Positions 1 to 8,168 of a stretch of DNA of 64,000 bases are shown one piece after another (within the stretch, counting starts at the first letter, position 1; every line of letters begins with the position of its first letter). The notes below the pieces were generated by a model that saw only the letters and a list, made by a program, of their open reading frames with translations, was not told where the DNA came from and did no database searches. This stretch comes from Prevotella sp. (lineage in GTDB: Bacteria > Bacteroidota > Bacteroidia > Bacteroidales > Bacteroidaceae). The stretch lies in assembly GCA_024690505.1 (NCBI GenBank), contig JAILPA010000026.1, positions 8,036 to 72,035 of the forward strand, written 5' to 3'. Position numbers and translations under genes: made by a program.

Positions 1-1069
1 TGTTGCGTGTGTTCATCGTGGCGTTTGTCTTGTTCGTCACCCATACTTCCACGCGGTTTATCTTGATGCCCGTGGTGAGGTTCGGCAGCGTCGACATGGC
101 GTTGTCGTAGTTCTGACGGAAGAAATGGCTCAGGAAGAAGTGGCGGTTCTCTTCATAGTCGGCCACGTCGATCTCAAACGGCGATACCGATGTGCCACCC
201 TTCGACGAGACGCTCTGCGATGTGCTCTTTTTCTGCGAGACGACGGTCTGTAGCTTCAGCTTGCCGAACTGCATGTCTGTCCTTATGCCAAAGAGGCTCG
301 ATGCACCGTGCACCAGGGAGTTGTTCGAGGGGAAAGTGACGTTGCCTGCCTCTACCAGCTTGATGATTTCGTCCTCCTTGCCGTCGTACTTCAGCTTCAG
401 GTTCTTTGTGTCGAAGTCGAAGGTAGCGTCGGTGTTGTAGTTCAGGTTCATGTTCACCTTGTCGCCCACCTTGCCGTTGACGTTCAGGTTTATCTTTTCA
501 TCGAAGTCGAAAGCCGTCGTCTTACGGTTACGGATGGGCAGCGATGGGTTGTCGATGTCCTTCTTCGTCATGCCTACCTTCAGCTCAGCCGTTCCCTGCG
601 TCTTTACTCGCACGCCGCCCGGGCCAAATATCTTCTCTGCAGGTCCCAGGTCGAAGTGCATGTCCGAGAACGAGAACTTGTCCTCGCCCTTTGTCTTCAC
701 ATTCTCAGCATCCTTCTGGCGGAAGAATTGCTGGCGCATACGTCGCTCACTCCATTTCATGTATTCTTCCGTAGTCATCAGGATGGGGGCGTTTAGGTAG
801 CTGTCGCCCATTTTCGAGCCGATGAGATAATAGCCCAGCGAGTCGTTATACTCCACCTGCTGCTTTACGTTCTCGGGCATGTGCAGGTCGAGGGCGCTTG
901 AGTCGAGGTCGGCCACGGTGGTAGGAACTGTGGGCTGAATGCGCCACCGGGTGATGCGTATGGTGTCGCCGTCGGCCAGTCGTTGGGGGAAGTCAGTATG
1001 TGCAGGCGTCGCAGCCCACGCTGCGATGCTCAGTAGCAGCAATAAGATGTATGCAATGCGTTTCAACAT
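1..1069 (-). CDS. sprA: Cell surface protein SprA/Sov (T9SS outer-membrane translocon), 5' part; runs off the window
   Basis: Translated by hand from the ATG at 1069: MLKRIAYILLLLLSIAAWAA...DLHMPENVKQQVEYNDSLGYYLIGSKMG...FGPGGVRVKTQGTAELKVG...FEIDVADYEENRHFFLSHFFRQNYD. The ruvA-sprA order is typical of Bacteroidota. Confidence 0.9.
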   Translation of the reverse strand, partial: MLKRIAYILLLLLSIAAWAATPAHTDFPQRLADGDTIRITRWRIQPTVPTTVADLDSSALDLHMPENVKQQVEYNDSLGYYLIGSKMGDSYLNAPILMTTEEYMKWSERRMRQQFFRQKDAENVKTKGEDKFSFSDMHFDLGPAEKIFGPGGVRVKTQGTAELKVGMTKKDIDNPSLPIRNRKTTAFDFDEKINLNVNGKVGDKVNMNLNYNTDATFDFDTKNLKLKYDGKEDEIIKLVEAGNVTFPSNNSLVHGASSLFGIRTDMQFGKLKLQTVVSQKKSTSQSVSSKGGTSVSPFEIDVADYEENRHFFLSHFFRQNYDNAMSTLPNLTTGIKINRVEVWVTNKTNATMNTRN

Positions 1070-1106
1070 GGCTTCCCTTGTTTTTTATGGGGGTGGGTCT
1101 TCTTTA

Positions 1107-1709
1107 TTATTTAATCTGCTTCAGTGCCAGCTTCACCACCTGCTCCACGTGCAGCGTGGGCTGTTCTTGCAGGATAGCCACCACCACTTTCTGCGTAGGT
1201 GCAGGCGAGAATCCCAGCATGGTCAGAGCAGCCACAGCCTCGTCGCGTACAGCGTTGTTCACAGGAGCTTGCATCGAACCACCTGCCGGCAGCTCGTCGG
1301 CGATGCCCAGTGCCACAATCTTGTCCCTCAGGTCAACGATGATGCGCTGTGCTGTCATCTTGCCGATGCCCTTCACGCTCTGAATCAACCGTGAGTTGCC
1401 CGTAGAGATGGCGTTGCACAGTTCTGCCACGCTCATCCCCGAGAGAATCATGCGGGCGGTGTTCGCCCCCACGCCGCTCACGGTGATGAGCAGCAGGAAC
1501 ATCTCCCTCTCACGTTTCGAGGCGAACCCGAACAGCACATGGGCATCCTCGCGTATTGCCTCATATACATAGAGTTTTACGTCTTTCTTACCCTGCACTG
1601 AGGTGTATGTGTTCAGCGAGATGTTAAGCCCATAGCCCACGCCGGCAGCCTCTATCGTAGCTAATGCGGGCGTCAGCTCAGTCAGCTCGCCCTTGATGTA
1701 TTCTATCAT
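1107..1709 (-). CDS. ruvA: Holliday junction branch migration protein RuvA
   Basis: [23 protein letters not shown] Hh[18 protein letters not shown]-terminal [11 protein letters not shown]. Confidence 0.97.
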   Translation of the reverse strand: MIEYIKGELTELTPALATIEAAGVGYGLNISLNTYTSVQGKKDVKLYVYEAIREDAHVLFGFASKREREMFLLLITVSGVGANTARMILSGMSVAELCNAISTGNSRLIQSVKGIGKMTAQRIIVDLRDKIVALGIADELPAGGSMQAPVNNAVRDEAVAALTMLGFSPAPTQKVVVAILQEQPTLHVEQVVKLALKQIK

Positions 1710-1852
1710 TCCGTTCTATTTTTATGGTATATACCTCAATAATTAACGCACTCTTCTGCAATTTATTGCATACCCGACTTAAAAATGGGCATTCCTCATT
1801 TCTCTGTTCTCATTTTCTTCTTTATTTATTCTTCATTCTTCATTTTTATTTG

Positions 1853-1860
1853 TAATTTTG
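1853..1860 (+). promoter_or_regulatory. Bacteroidetes sigma-A -7 element upstream of queC
   Basis: TAATTTTG matches the TAnnTTTG consensus, ~105 bp upstream of the queC ATG. Confidence 0.6.
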
Positions 1861-1938
1861 CAGCAGAATTAAGACATAGCCTCCTCCAACTTCCCTTAAG
1901 GGGGAGAAAGTGAAGTGTGAAAAGTGAATCGTGAATAA

Positions 1939-1973
1939 ATGAATAATGAATAATGAATAATGAATAATGAATA
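1939..1973 (+). repeat. (ATGAATA)x5 heptamer tandem repeat overlapping the queC start codon
   Basis: Units start at 1939, 1946, 1953, 1960 and 1967; the last unit begins with the queC ATG. Confidence 0.9.
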
Positions 1974-2623
1974 AAGACTGTATATTGATATTGAGCGGCG
2001 GCATGGATAGTGTGACGCTGCTGCATGACTACCAAGACCGCATAGCCCTGGCCGTGACCTTCGACTACGGCTCGAAGCACAATGCACGTGAGATTCCCTT
2101 TGCCCGTCTCCACTGTGAGCGCTTAGGTATAGAGCATCTGGTCATCCCCCTGGCTTTCATGGGACAGTATTTCACCAGCTCTCTCCTTCAGGGAGGCAAC
2201 GATATTCCCGAAGGCCACTATTCCGACGACAACATGCGTTCTACGGTGGTGCCCTTCCGCAACGGCATCATGCTCAGCGTGGCGGTGGGGCTGGCCGAGA
2301 GCCGCGGACTGAAGTACGTGATGATGGCCAACCATGGCGGCGACCACACTATTTATCCCGACTGCCGACCGGAGTTCGTAGAAGCCTTCGACCAGGCTGC
2401 CTGTGCCGGCACATATATCGGCGTGGGGCTACTGTCGCCCTATACCAACATTACCAAGGCAGACATTGCCCGTCGAGGTAAAGAGCTCGGTATAGACTAC
2501 AGCGAGACGTGGTCGTGCTACAAAGGCAGCGACCACCATTGTGGCCGCTGCGGCACGTGTGTGGAGCGTCGCGAGGCGTTGGCCGAGGCCGGCATTGCCG
2601 ATACCACGGTCTACGACGGTTGA
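1967..2623 (+). CDS. queC: 7-cyano-7-deazaguanine synthase QueC
   Basis: SGGMDS PP-loop, TVVPFRN, YPDCRPEF, TWSCY...CGRCGTCVER zinc motif. Confidence 0.97.
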   Translation: MNKDCILILSGGMDSVTLLHDYQDRIALAVTFDYGSKHNAREIPFARLHCERLGIEHLVIPLAFMGQYFTSSLLQGGNDIPEGHYSDDNMRSTVVPFRNGIMLSVAVGLAESRGLKYVMMANHGGDHTIYPDCRPEFVEAFDQAACAGTYIGVGLLSPYTNITKADIARRGKELGIDYSETWSCYKGSDHHCGRCGTCVERREALAEAGIADTTVYDG

Positions 2624-2811
2624 AGAGGCGCATAATACTAGCTTCCGGATCCTTGGGCTAAATCCGTAACAGCCCGTATCTTCATCAATCTACCTCTTAT
2701 CTACAAGGCAAGCAAAGCATAGCTGCCCGACGGCAGCTGTTGTCACAGGCAACGGCGCACAGCAATGCCCGGGATATGGCAAGGGCATATAGGATGCTGC
2801 GGCGTAGACAA

Positions 2812-4320
2812 TTATTCAATTACTTCGGGTATCTCTTCCTGTTCTGTCTCGATGGGGGTGGGGGTAGGTGTTGGTTGCTCTGTAACAGGAACAGGGGACT
2901 CGGCGGCCGGTGCGGCATCCTCGTGCTTGGCGCTGTCGGCGGGGTGCTCCTCGGTGGGCCTGTCCATGGTGCCGTTCTGTGTGAGGAATTTCACGCACTT
3001 ATTATAGGTACCCCGCGAGGCGGCATTGAAGATGTTGTTGGCAAAGAGGATGTCGGTGATGCCATGATTGCGCACATACTCGGTCATGTTCTTCTTGAAG
3101 TAGCGCATGTCGACGACGTGCACCTCATCGAACGAGAAGAACATGTAGCCTGGGAGGGCGTTGCCGAAGCTGTCCTTGATAATCATCAGCCGTCGGCCGG
3201 TTCCGGCAGAGGTGCGTACCACGGTGAGCTTCTGGTCGCTGCCCATAAAGGTGCAGTAAGCTCCGCCGCTGCCGTCGCTGAACTTGTAGAAGTAGGGGCC
3301 GGAGTAGGGACGCCCTTCGCCAGTGACGTGGTAGTTGCGGTCTACGGTGTAGTTGACGTAGGTAGTCTCGTAGTTGACGCCCACTGGTGTGTAGTAGATG
3401 AAGTCCTCGGGCGAGTTCTTCACTGCGATGTCCTTGGAATAACCGTACATGGATCCCACGTAGCGGTGTATGACGTGCTTCTCGTAGCTGTCGAGTCCTG
3501 GGAATGGCACGCCAGCCACTTGTGCAAACTTCTGGGCGGCATAGAAGGCGCCGAGGGGTGTCCAGTGGTGGTCTGTGCGTAGGTAGATGTCTTCCAGAGA
3601 GTGCTCTTTAAGTGTCCAGTAGACGTTGACGGCCTTGGCGCCGCCCGAGAGGTGGTTCATGGCGTTCTCGATGGGTGCCTGCTGGGGCTTCGTGGCTTTC
3701 CTCACCTTCTCGGGGCAGTAGTACTCGATGCTGATGGGGACGATCATGCTGTAGACATTGACGTCGGGGAACGTCTCCTTGTATTTGTTGGCCAGCTCGG
3801 CATAGCTGAGGCAGCTGTTTGGGCCGCCTCCGAAGGCCATCATGGCTCGCACCTTGTCGCCTGTGCCTACGACCACGATGCCTGCATGGGCTATCCTGGC
3901 ATTGTCGGCGGCTAGTTCCTCGGGTTCGATGCCGGCGGCACGTTCTTCCTCGGTGGGTTCGGGAGTCGCAGACGCGTTTGAAGCATCGGCATTGTTCTCT
4001 GCTGGGTCGGCGGCAATGAAGGTAATCTGCTCCTCCTCGTCTACGGTGAGGCGTATCTTGTCCTTCACGTTCATGCTGAGTGTCATCAGCTCGTCGCGGA
4101 AGGGCTCGCTGTCACTGAACCACTTCGAGACGGAATCAGTAAACTCGCCTTTGAACAGCTTTTCTGTGGTGAACTCAGGGAATGTGGCGAGGTCGCGCTT
4201 CTCTAGCTCGGAGTAGGTGCTGCGTGGGAAGGTGACGAACACGACGACGAAGGCGACGAAGACCAAGCCTACGATGGCAATGTAGATGGCCGATGCGACA
4301 GTATTCAATTCTTTGTTCAT
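2812..4320 (-). CDS. DHHW family protein (AlgX/AlgJ-like O-acetyltransferase), N-terminal membrane anchor
   Basis: N-terminal TM, S-E-L-E-K-R-D-L-A motif, YLRTDHHW and IIKDSFGN motifs, P/T/E-rich tail. Confidence 0.85.
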   Translation of the reverse strand: MNKELNTVASAIYIAIVGLVFVAFVVVFVTFPRSTYSELEKRDLATFPEFTTEKLFKGEFTDSVSKWFSDSEPFRDELMTLSMNVKDKIRLTVDEEEQITFIAADPAENNADASNASATPEPTEEERAAGIEPEELAADNARIAHAGIVVVGTGDKVRAMMAFGGGPNSCLSYAELANKYKETFPDVNVYSMIVPISIEYYCPEKVRKATKPQQAPIENAMNHLSGGAKAVNVYWTLKEHSLEDIYLRTDHHWTPLGAFYAAQKFAQVAGVPFPGLDSYEKHVIHRYVGSMYGYSKDIAVKNSPEDFIYYTPVGVNYETTYVNYTVDRNYHVTGEGRPYSGPYFYKFSDGSGGAYCTFMGSDQKLTVVRTSAGTGRRLMIIKDSFGNALPGYMFFSFDEVHVVDMRYFKKNMTEYVRNHGITDILFANNIFNAASRGTYNKCVKFLTQNGTMDRPTEEHPADSAKHEDAAPAAESPVPVTEQPTPTPTPIETEQEEIPEVIE

Positions 4321-4334
4321 ATATCACTATTCAC

Positions 4335-5372
4335 TTATCTTTTCTGCGTCAGGTATTGTTCCAGGGTGTGGCTCGTCACCGGCGACGAGGCATGGATGAG
4401 ATTGTTGCAAAACAGGATATCGGTGATGCCGCGCTGGTGGACGAAGTCGACCATGTTTCCGATGAAGTAGCGGCAGTCAACCACGTGAATCTCCTCGAAC
4501 GAGCCAAAGAGGCACGAGGGGAGGGCGTTGCCGTAGCTGTCCTTCAGTATCATCAGTCGCCGGCCGTTCTTGGTTGCCGTTCTCACGCTGGTCTGGTTTA
4601 GGTCGCCCCCCATAAAGGTGCTGTAGGCTCCTGCGCTGCCATCGGGAAAGGAACGGAAGAATGTTGTCTCGGGCTGGCTCCTGGCGGTGAGCGTGCGGTG
4701 TGTGCGACGGCGCCGTCCGCGTCCGCTGCGGGTCGTGGTGTAGGTATAGACGGTGCGTGTGGTCTCGTAGTCGATGCACTTGGGAATGTAGTACACGAAG
4801 TCCTCGGGCTTACGGCCTACGGCAGCATCGTTCGAGAACTTCTGCATGGTGCCCACGAAGTTACGTATGGTGTCGGGCTGATAGCACGAGGGCGGCAGGA
4901 AGGGCACACCGGCCTCGTCGGCAAAGACGGCAGCGGCATAATAGGCACCCAGCGGTGCCCAGTGGTGGTCAGTGCGCAGGTAGATGGGCTCGTCGATGTG
5001 TTCGCTGAGCTCGGGCATCAGGTTTACGGGGATGACCCCGTCGGGACAGGTGCTCAGTGCGTATTCTATCACCGGCCCCTCGTCCTGCGTCCACTCGTGG
5101 GCCTCCTCGGGGCAATAGAATGCCACAGCGTTGGGGATGATCATGCAGTAGACACGGGCACTGGGGAAGGTACGCTTATATTTGGCTGCAACCTTCACAT
5201 AGGCGGCCAGCCCGCTCCTGTTGACGCCATAGGGCTCCATGGCCCTCACCGTGGAGTCGCTTTCCACTACGATGATGCCGCTGCGGGCCCTGCGGATGGA
5301 GTCCTGTCGTGCCGCCGCTGCCGGTATGCCCAGCAGCAGGGCCAAGGCGAGAATGAGGTAGCGCGTCGTCAT
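4335..5372 (-). CDS. DHHW family protein (AlgX/AlgJ-like), secreted paralogue
   Basis: Signal peptide, YLRTDHHW, ILKDSYGN; similar to the C-terminal part of the neighbouring DHHW gene. Confidence 0.85.
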   Translation of the reverse strand: MTTRYLILALALLLGIPAAAARQDSIRRARSGIIVVESDSTVRAMEPYGVNRSGLAAYVKVAAKYKRTFPSARVYCMIIPNAVAFYCPEEAHEWTQDEGPVIEYALSTCPDGVIPVNLMPELSEHIDEPIYLRTDHHWAPLGAYYAAAVFADEAGVPFLPPSCYQPDTIRNFVGTMQKFSNDAAVGRKPEDFVYYIPKCIDYETTRTVYTYTTTRSGRGRRRRTHRTLTARSQPETTFFRSFPDGSAGAYSTFMGGDLNQTSVRTATKNGRRLMILKDSYGNALPSCLFGSFEEIHVVDCRYFIGNMVDFVHQRGITDILFCNNLIHASSPVTSHTLEQYLTQKR

Positions 5373-6829
5373 CAGAACCGTGTATAGATGAATGCGTTGT
5401 TCGTGGCACCTACGAGAAGGGCTACGCTGAGTACCAGTATGACCAGCGATATGACGGTACGTGCGGTGAAGAGCACCGTTTGCTGAAGGGCGCTGCCCTC
5501 GCCAGTGCAGTGGCTCAGCAGACTATAGCTCCACGAGCGCAACGGCAGGCAGAACGCCAGCGCTATGGCCCAGAGCCAGAAGTTGCCCGTCAGTGTGCTT
5601 TCGGTGATGAAGTCGTTGAACTCCACATCGCCCTGAGCGAAGAACGAGTGGAAGAATGTCTGCATCTGTGCGAAGTCGTCGAAGTAGAAGATGCCCCATC
5701 CGATGACCACCAGCAGCAGACTGTAGACATGGAGCAGGGGCTTGAACGCCCAGTGCTTCAGCTTCAGGATGGTGTATTTCTCGAGCATGACGATGATGCC
5801 GAAGTAGACGCCCCAGATGATGAAGTTCCACGATGCACCGTGCCACATGCCCGTAAGGAACCACACCACGAGGATGTTCACGGCTTGGTGGCGGCGGTTG
5901 CCACCCATGGGTATGTAGACGTAGTCGCGAAAGAAGCTGCCCAGTGATATGTGCCAGCGTCTCCAGAAGTCGGTGATGCTGTTGCAGCAGTAGGGGTGGC
6001 GGAAGTTCTCGTTGAAGTGGAAGCCCATGCAGCGCCCCAGTCCGATGGCCATGTCAGAGTAGCCCGAGAAGTCGAAATATATCTGCAGGGTGAAGGCCAC
6101 CACACCCACCCAGGCACCTGTGGTAGTGAGGCTGCCCAGGCCGTTGGTCAGGAACTGGTCGCTGATCTCCGACAGCTGGTTGGCCAAAATCACTTTCTTG
6201 CCCAGGCCAATGAGGAAACGGTAGGATCCCTCGGCAAAGTCGCTGGCCGTCACATGGCGGTCGTTGATCTCGTTGGCTATCGTGCCATAGCGTACGATAG
6301 GGCCGGCAATGAGCTGCGGGAACATGGAGATGTAGAGTAGCAGGTCGACGAAGCGCCGCTGGGCCTTTGCATCCTGGCGATAGACGTCGATGAGGTAGCT
6401 AATGCTCTGGAACGTGTAGAAGCTGATGCCGATGGGCAGTGCAATAGTGGGGGCATCCACGTTGATGCCGATGCTTGCCAGTTGGTCGGCGAAGAAATTC
6501 AGGTATTTGAACGTGCCCAGTATCAGCAGGTTCATCACCAGTCCCATGACCAGTGCCACCTTGCGCCGTCCGCCGTTCTGATGGCTGATGCCCATGCCTG
6601 CCAGAAAGTTCAGCAGCACGCTTACCAGCATCAGCAGCACGTAGACCGGCTCGCCCCACGCGTAGAAGATAAGCGAGAAGATGACCAGTGCCATGTTCTT
6701 CGCCCTGTGGCTGCGTAGGCCCACGGTGGCGTCGCTCAGATATTTCTTGTCCACCCATGCCCCGAGCATATAGCACAGGGCGAAAGCGGGAATGAATACG
6801 AAGAGGAAAAACAAATCGGAAAAAACCAT
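5372..6829 (-). CDS. MBOAT family O-acyltransferase (AlgI/PatA/DltB-like)
   Basis: LPIGISFYTFQ, FPQLIAGPIVR, QIYFDFSGYSDMAIG, FWRRWHISL, GMWHGASWNF. Confidence 0.95.
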   Translation of the reverse strand: MVFSDLFFLFVFIPAFALCYMLGAWVDKKYLSDATVGLRSHRAKNMALVIFSLIFYAWGEPVYVLLMLVSVLLNFLAGMGISHQNGGRRKVALVMGLVMNLLILGTFKYLNFFADQLASIGINVDAPTIALPIGISFYTFQSISYLIDVYRQDAKAQRRFVDLLLYISMFPQLIAGPIVRYGTIANEINDRHVTASDFAEGSYRFLIGLGKKVILANQLSEISDQFLTNGLGSLTTTGAWVGVVAFTLQIYFDFSGYSDMAIGLGRCMGFHFNENFRHPYCCNSITDFWRRWHISLGSFFRDYVYIPMGGNRRHQAVNILVVWFLTGMWHGASWNFIIWGVYFGIIVMLEKYTILKLKHWAFKPLLHVYSLLLVVIGWGIFYFDDFAQMQTFFHSFFAQGDVEFNDFITESTLTGNFWLWAIALAFCLPLRSWSYSLLSHCTGEGSALQQTVLFTARTVISLVILVLSVALLVGATNNAFIYTRF

Positions 6830-6850
6830 AACTCTTTCTCTATAACCTTT

Positions 6851-7645
6851 TTATTCAATCAACTTCAGCACCTTTCCAGCCACATAGTTGCCTATCTTGC
6901 GAGCCCCTGCCACGTTGGTGTGGGTGCCGTCGCTGGTGTGGGTGCGCTTCTGACGTTCATGTTTGCTGCTGATACAGTCATCGCCGTCCAGCCTGATGAC
7001 ATCACACCCCAGGCGTCCGCCCTCCGCCTCAATCAGCTGGCTAGCCTTGGCTATGCTGTCAACGGGGGCAGCAGTGGTCTGCATAGGGGTGAGCAGCACA
7101 ATTCGTGCCCCGGGGAATGCCGTACGCAGTAGCCCTACATTCTGTCTGACGGCACCCACCAGTCTTTGCCAGCAGGGCAGCACCACCGATACCGAGTCCA
7201 CGGCATCGGCCATATAGCAATCCTGTTGCCCGAGACTTTCTAGAGCATGGGGACGTTTGTCGTTGAACCACACATCGTTCGTGCCAGCCATGATGATGAT
7301 GAGATCAGGAATCGTCTGTATACCATTCTTTTCTGCTTCAATCAGTCGCTTTACTTGATTGAAAATCACGTTATTATCGCCAAGTGTTCCGATATTCTCC
7401 TTGGTATCGATTGTGGTGGCAGGCGTGTGTGTCCATGTGGCTCCGCTACGAGCATAACTGCGGATGGAAGCGGGTCTCAAGACCTCTTTGAACCATTTGT
7501 TCCATCCACGTGCCTTCGAGCAGTCGTCGCCGCCAATCCACGTGTTCGAGTCGCCCAACAACGCAATGTGAAGGGCTGTGGGCTGTACGGCTTCCAAGTG
7601 TAAGGCAAAAACGAAGAGTGATAAAGATGCTATCCAGTGTCTCAT
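6851..7645 (-). CDS. SGNH/GDSL hydrolase family protein
   Basis: LLGDSNT block I, SG block II, AGTND block III, DGTH block V; signal peptide. Confidence 0.85.
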   Translation of the reverse strand: MRHWIASLSLFVFALHLEAVQPTALHIALLGDSNTWIGGDDCSKARGWNKWFKEVLRPASIRSYARSGATWTHTPATTIDTKENIGTLGDNNVIFNQVKRLIEAEKNGIQTIPDLIIIMAGTNDVWFNDKRPHALESLGQQDCYMADAVDSVSVVLPCWQRLVGAVRQNVGLLRTAFPGARIVLLTPMQTTAAPVDSIAKASQLIEAEGGRLGCDVIRLDGDDCISSKHERQKRTHTSDGTHTNVAGARKIGNYVAGKVLKLIE

Positions 7646-7824
7646 GCTTCATAAATCCTTTGAAGCCGCAAAGATACTAATTTTCTTTCACTTCCACCAC
7701 CTTTCCCTCCACTTTTTTTCGCCCTCACCACCTATTCTTGATATGGCGTAAGCCCTTTTTTTGCTTGCTGCCGTTGCCCATTGCTGCAAGCCAAGGACAA
7801 CTGTAAGTCTTCAATGAGAACATT

Positions 7825-8100
7825 TTTTTGCGTTTCGCTGAACATCGCAGTAGCTTGACGGGATAGGGTAAATGTAATGAAAATTCATATTTGCAAAAAG
7901 TGACTCGCAGCGGGACTTTTGGAAAAGCACCGCTTTGAGGGTGGAAAAGGACAGCTTTTCGGGTCAAGAAGCTGTCCTTTTCCATCCTCGAAGTTGTCCT
8001 TTCCTTTTTGTGAGAAAATCTGTGTAAAGAAAATTCACTATCTGCTCCAGGCTTGCATGGTTCATTATCCAGCCAAGTCCCTTCGTCGCCAAGATAGTAT
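7825..8100 (-). mobile_element. Copy A of a dispersed MITE-like intergenic element (reverse orientation, ends degenerate)
   Basis: Reverse complement aligns by eye to 17180-17470, 40075-40300 and 54165-54386. The core has two direct and two inverted 22-bp units (7925, 7947 / 7969, 7991). Confidence 0.7.
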
Positions 8101-8168
8101 TCCTTGGGTCGAACTCACGTAATCAGGAATGATGATTTCATCATTCTTCATTTCTCATTTCTCATTAA

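Noticed and set aside
1862-1966. preQ1 riboswitch upstream of queC
   Set aside because: I found no class I-like stem/loop with an A-rich tail; the hairpin resembles the generic UTR repeat seen before ribD and GH28. A cmscan would settle it.
2624-2811. Possible sRNA in the convergent queC/DHHW gap
   Set aside because: Only short hairpins (AGCTGCC..GGCAGCT, TGCCC..GGGCA), with no promoter or second copy seen; insufficient support.
7725-8122. Small paralogous ORFs in repeat regions (also 16744-17517, 28756-29046, 40063-40254)
   Set aside because: They are translations of non-coding repeats; frames and starts are not conserved between copies.
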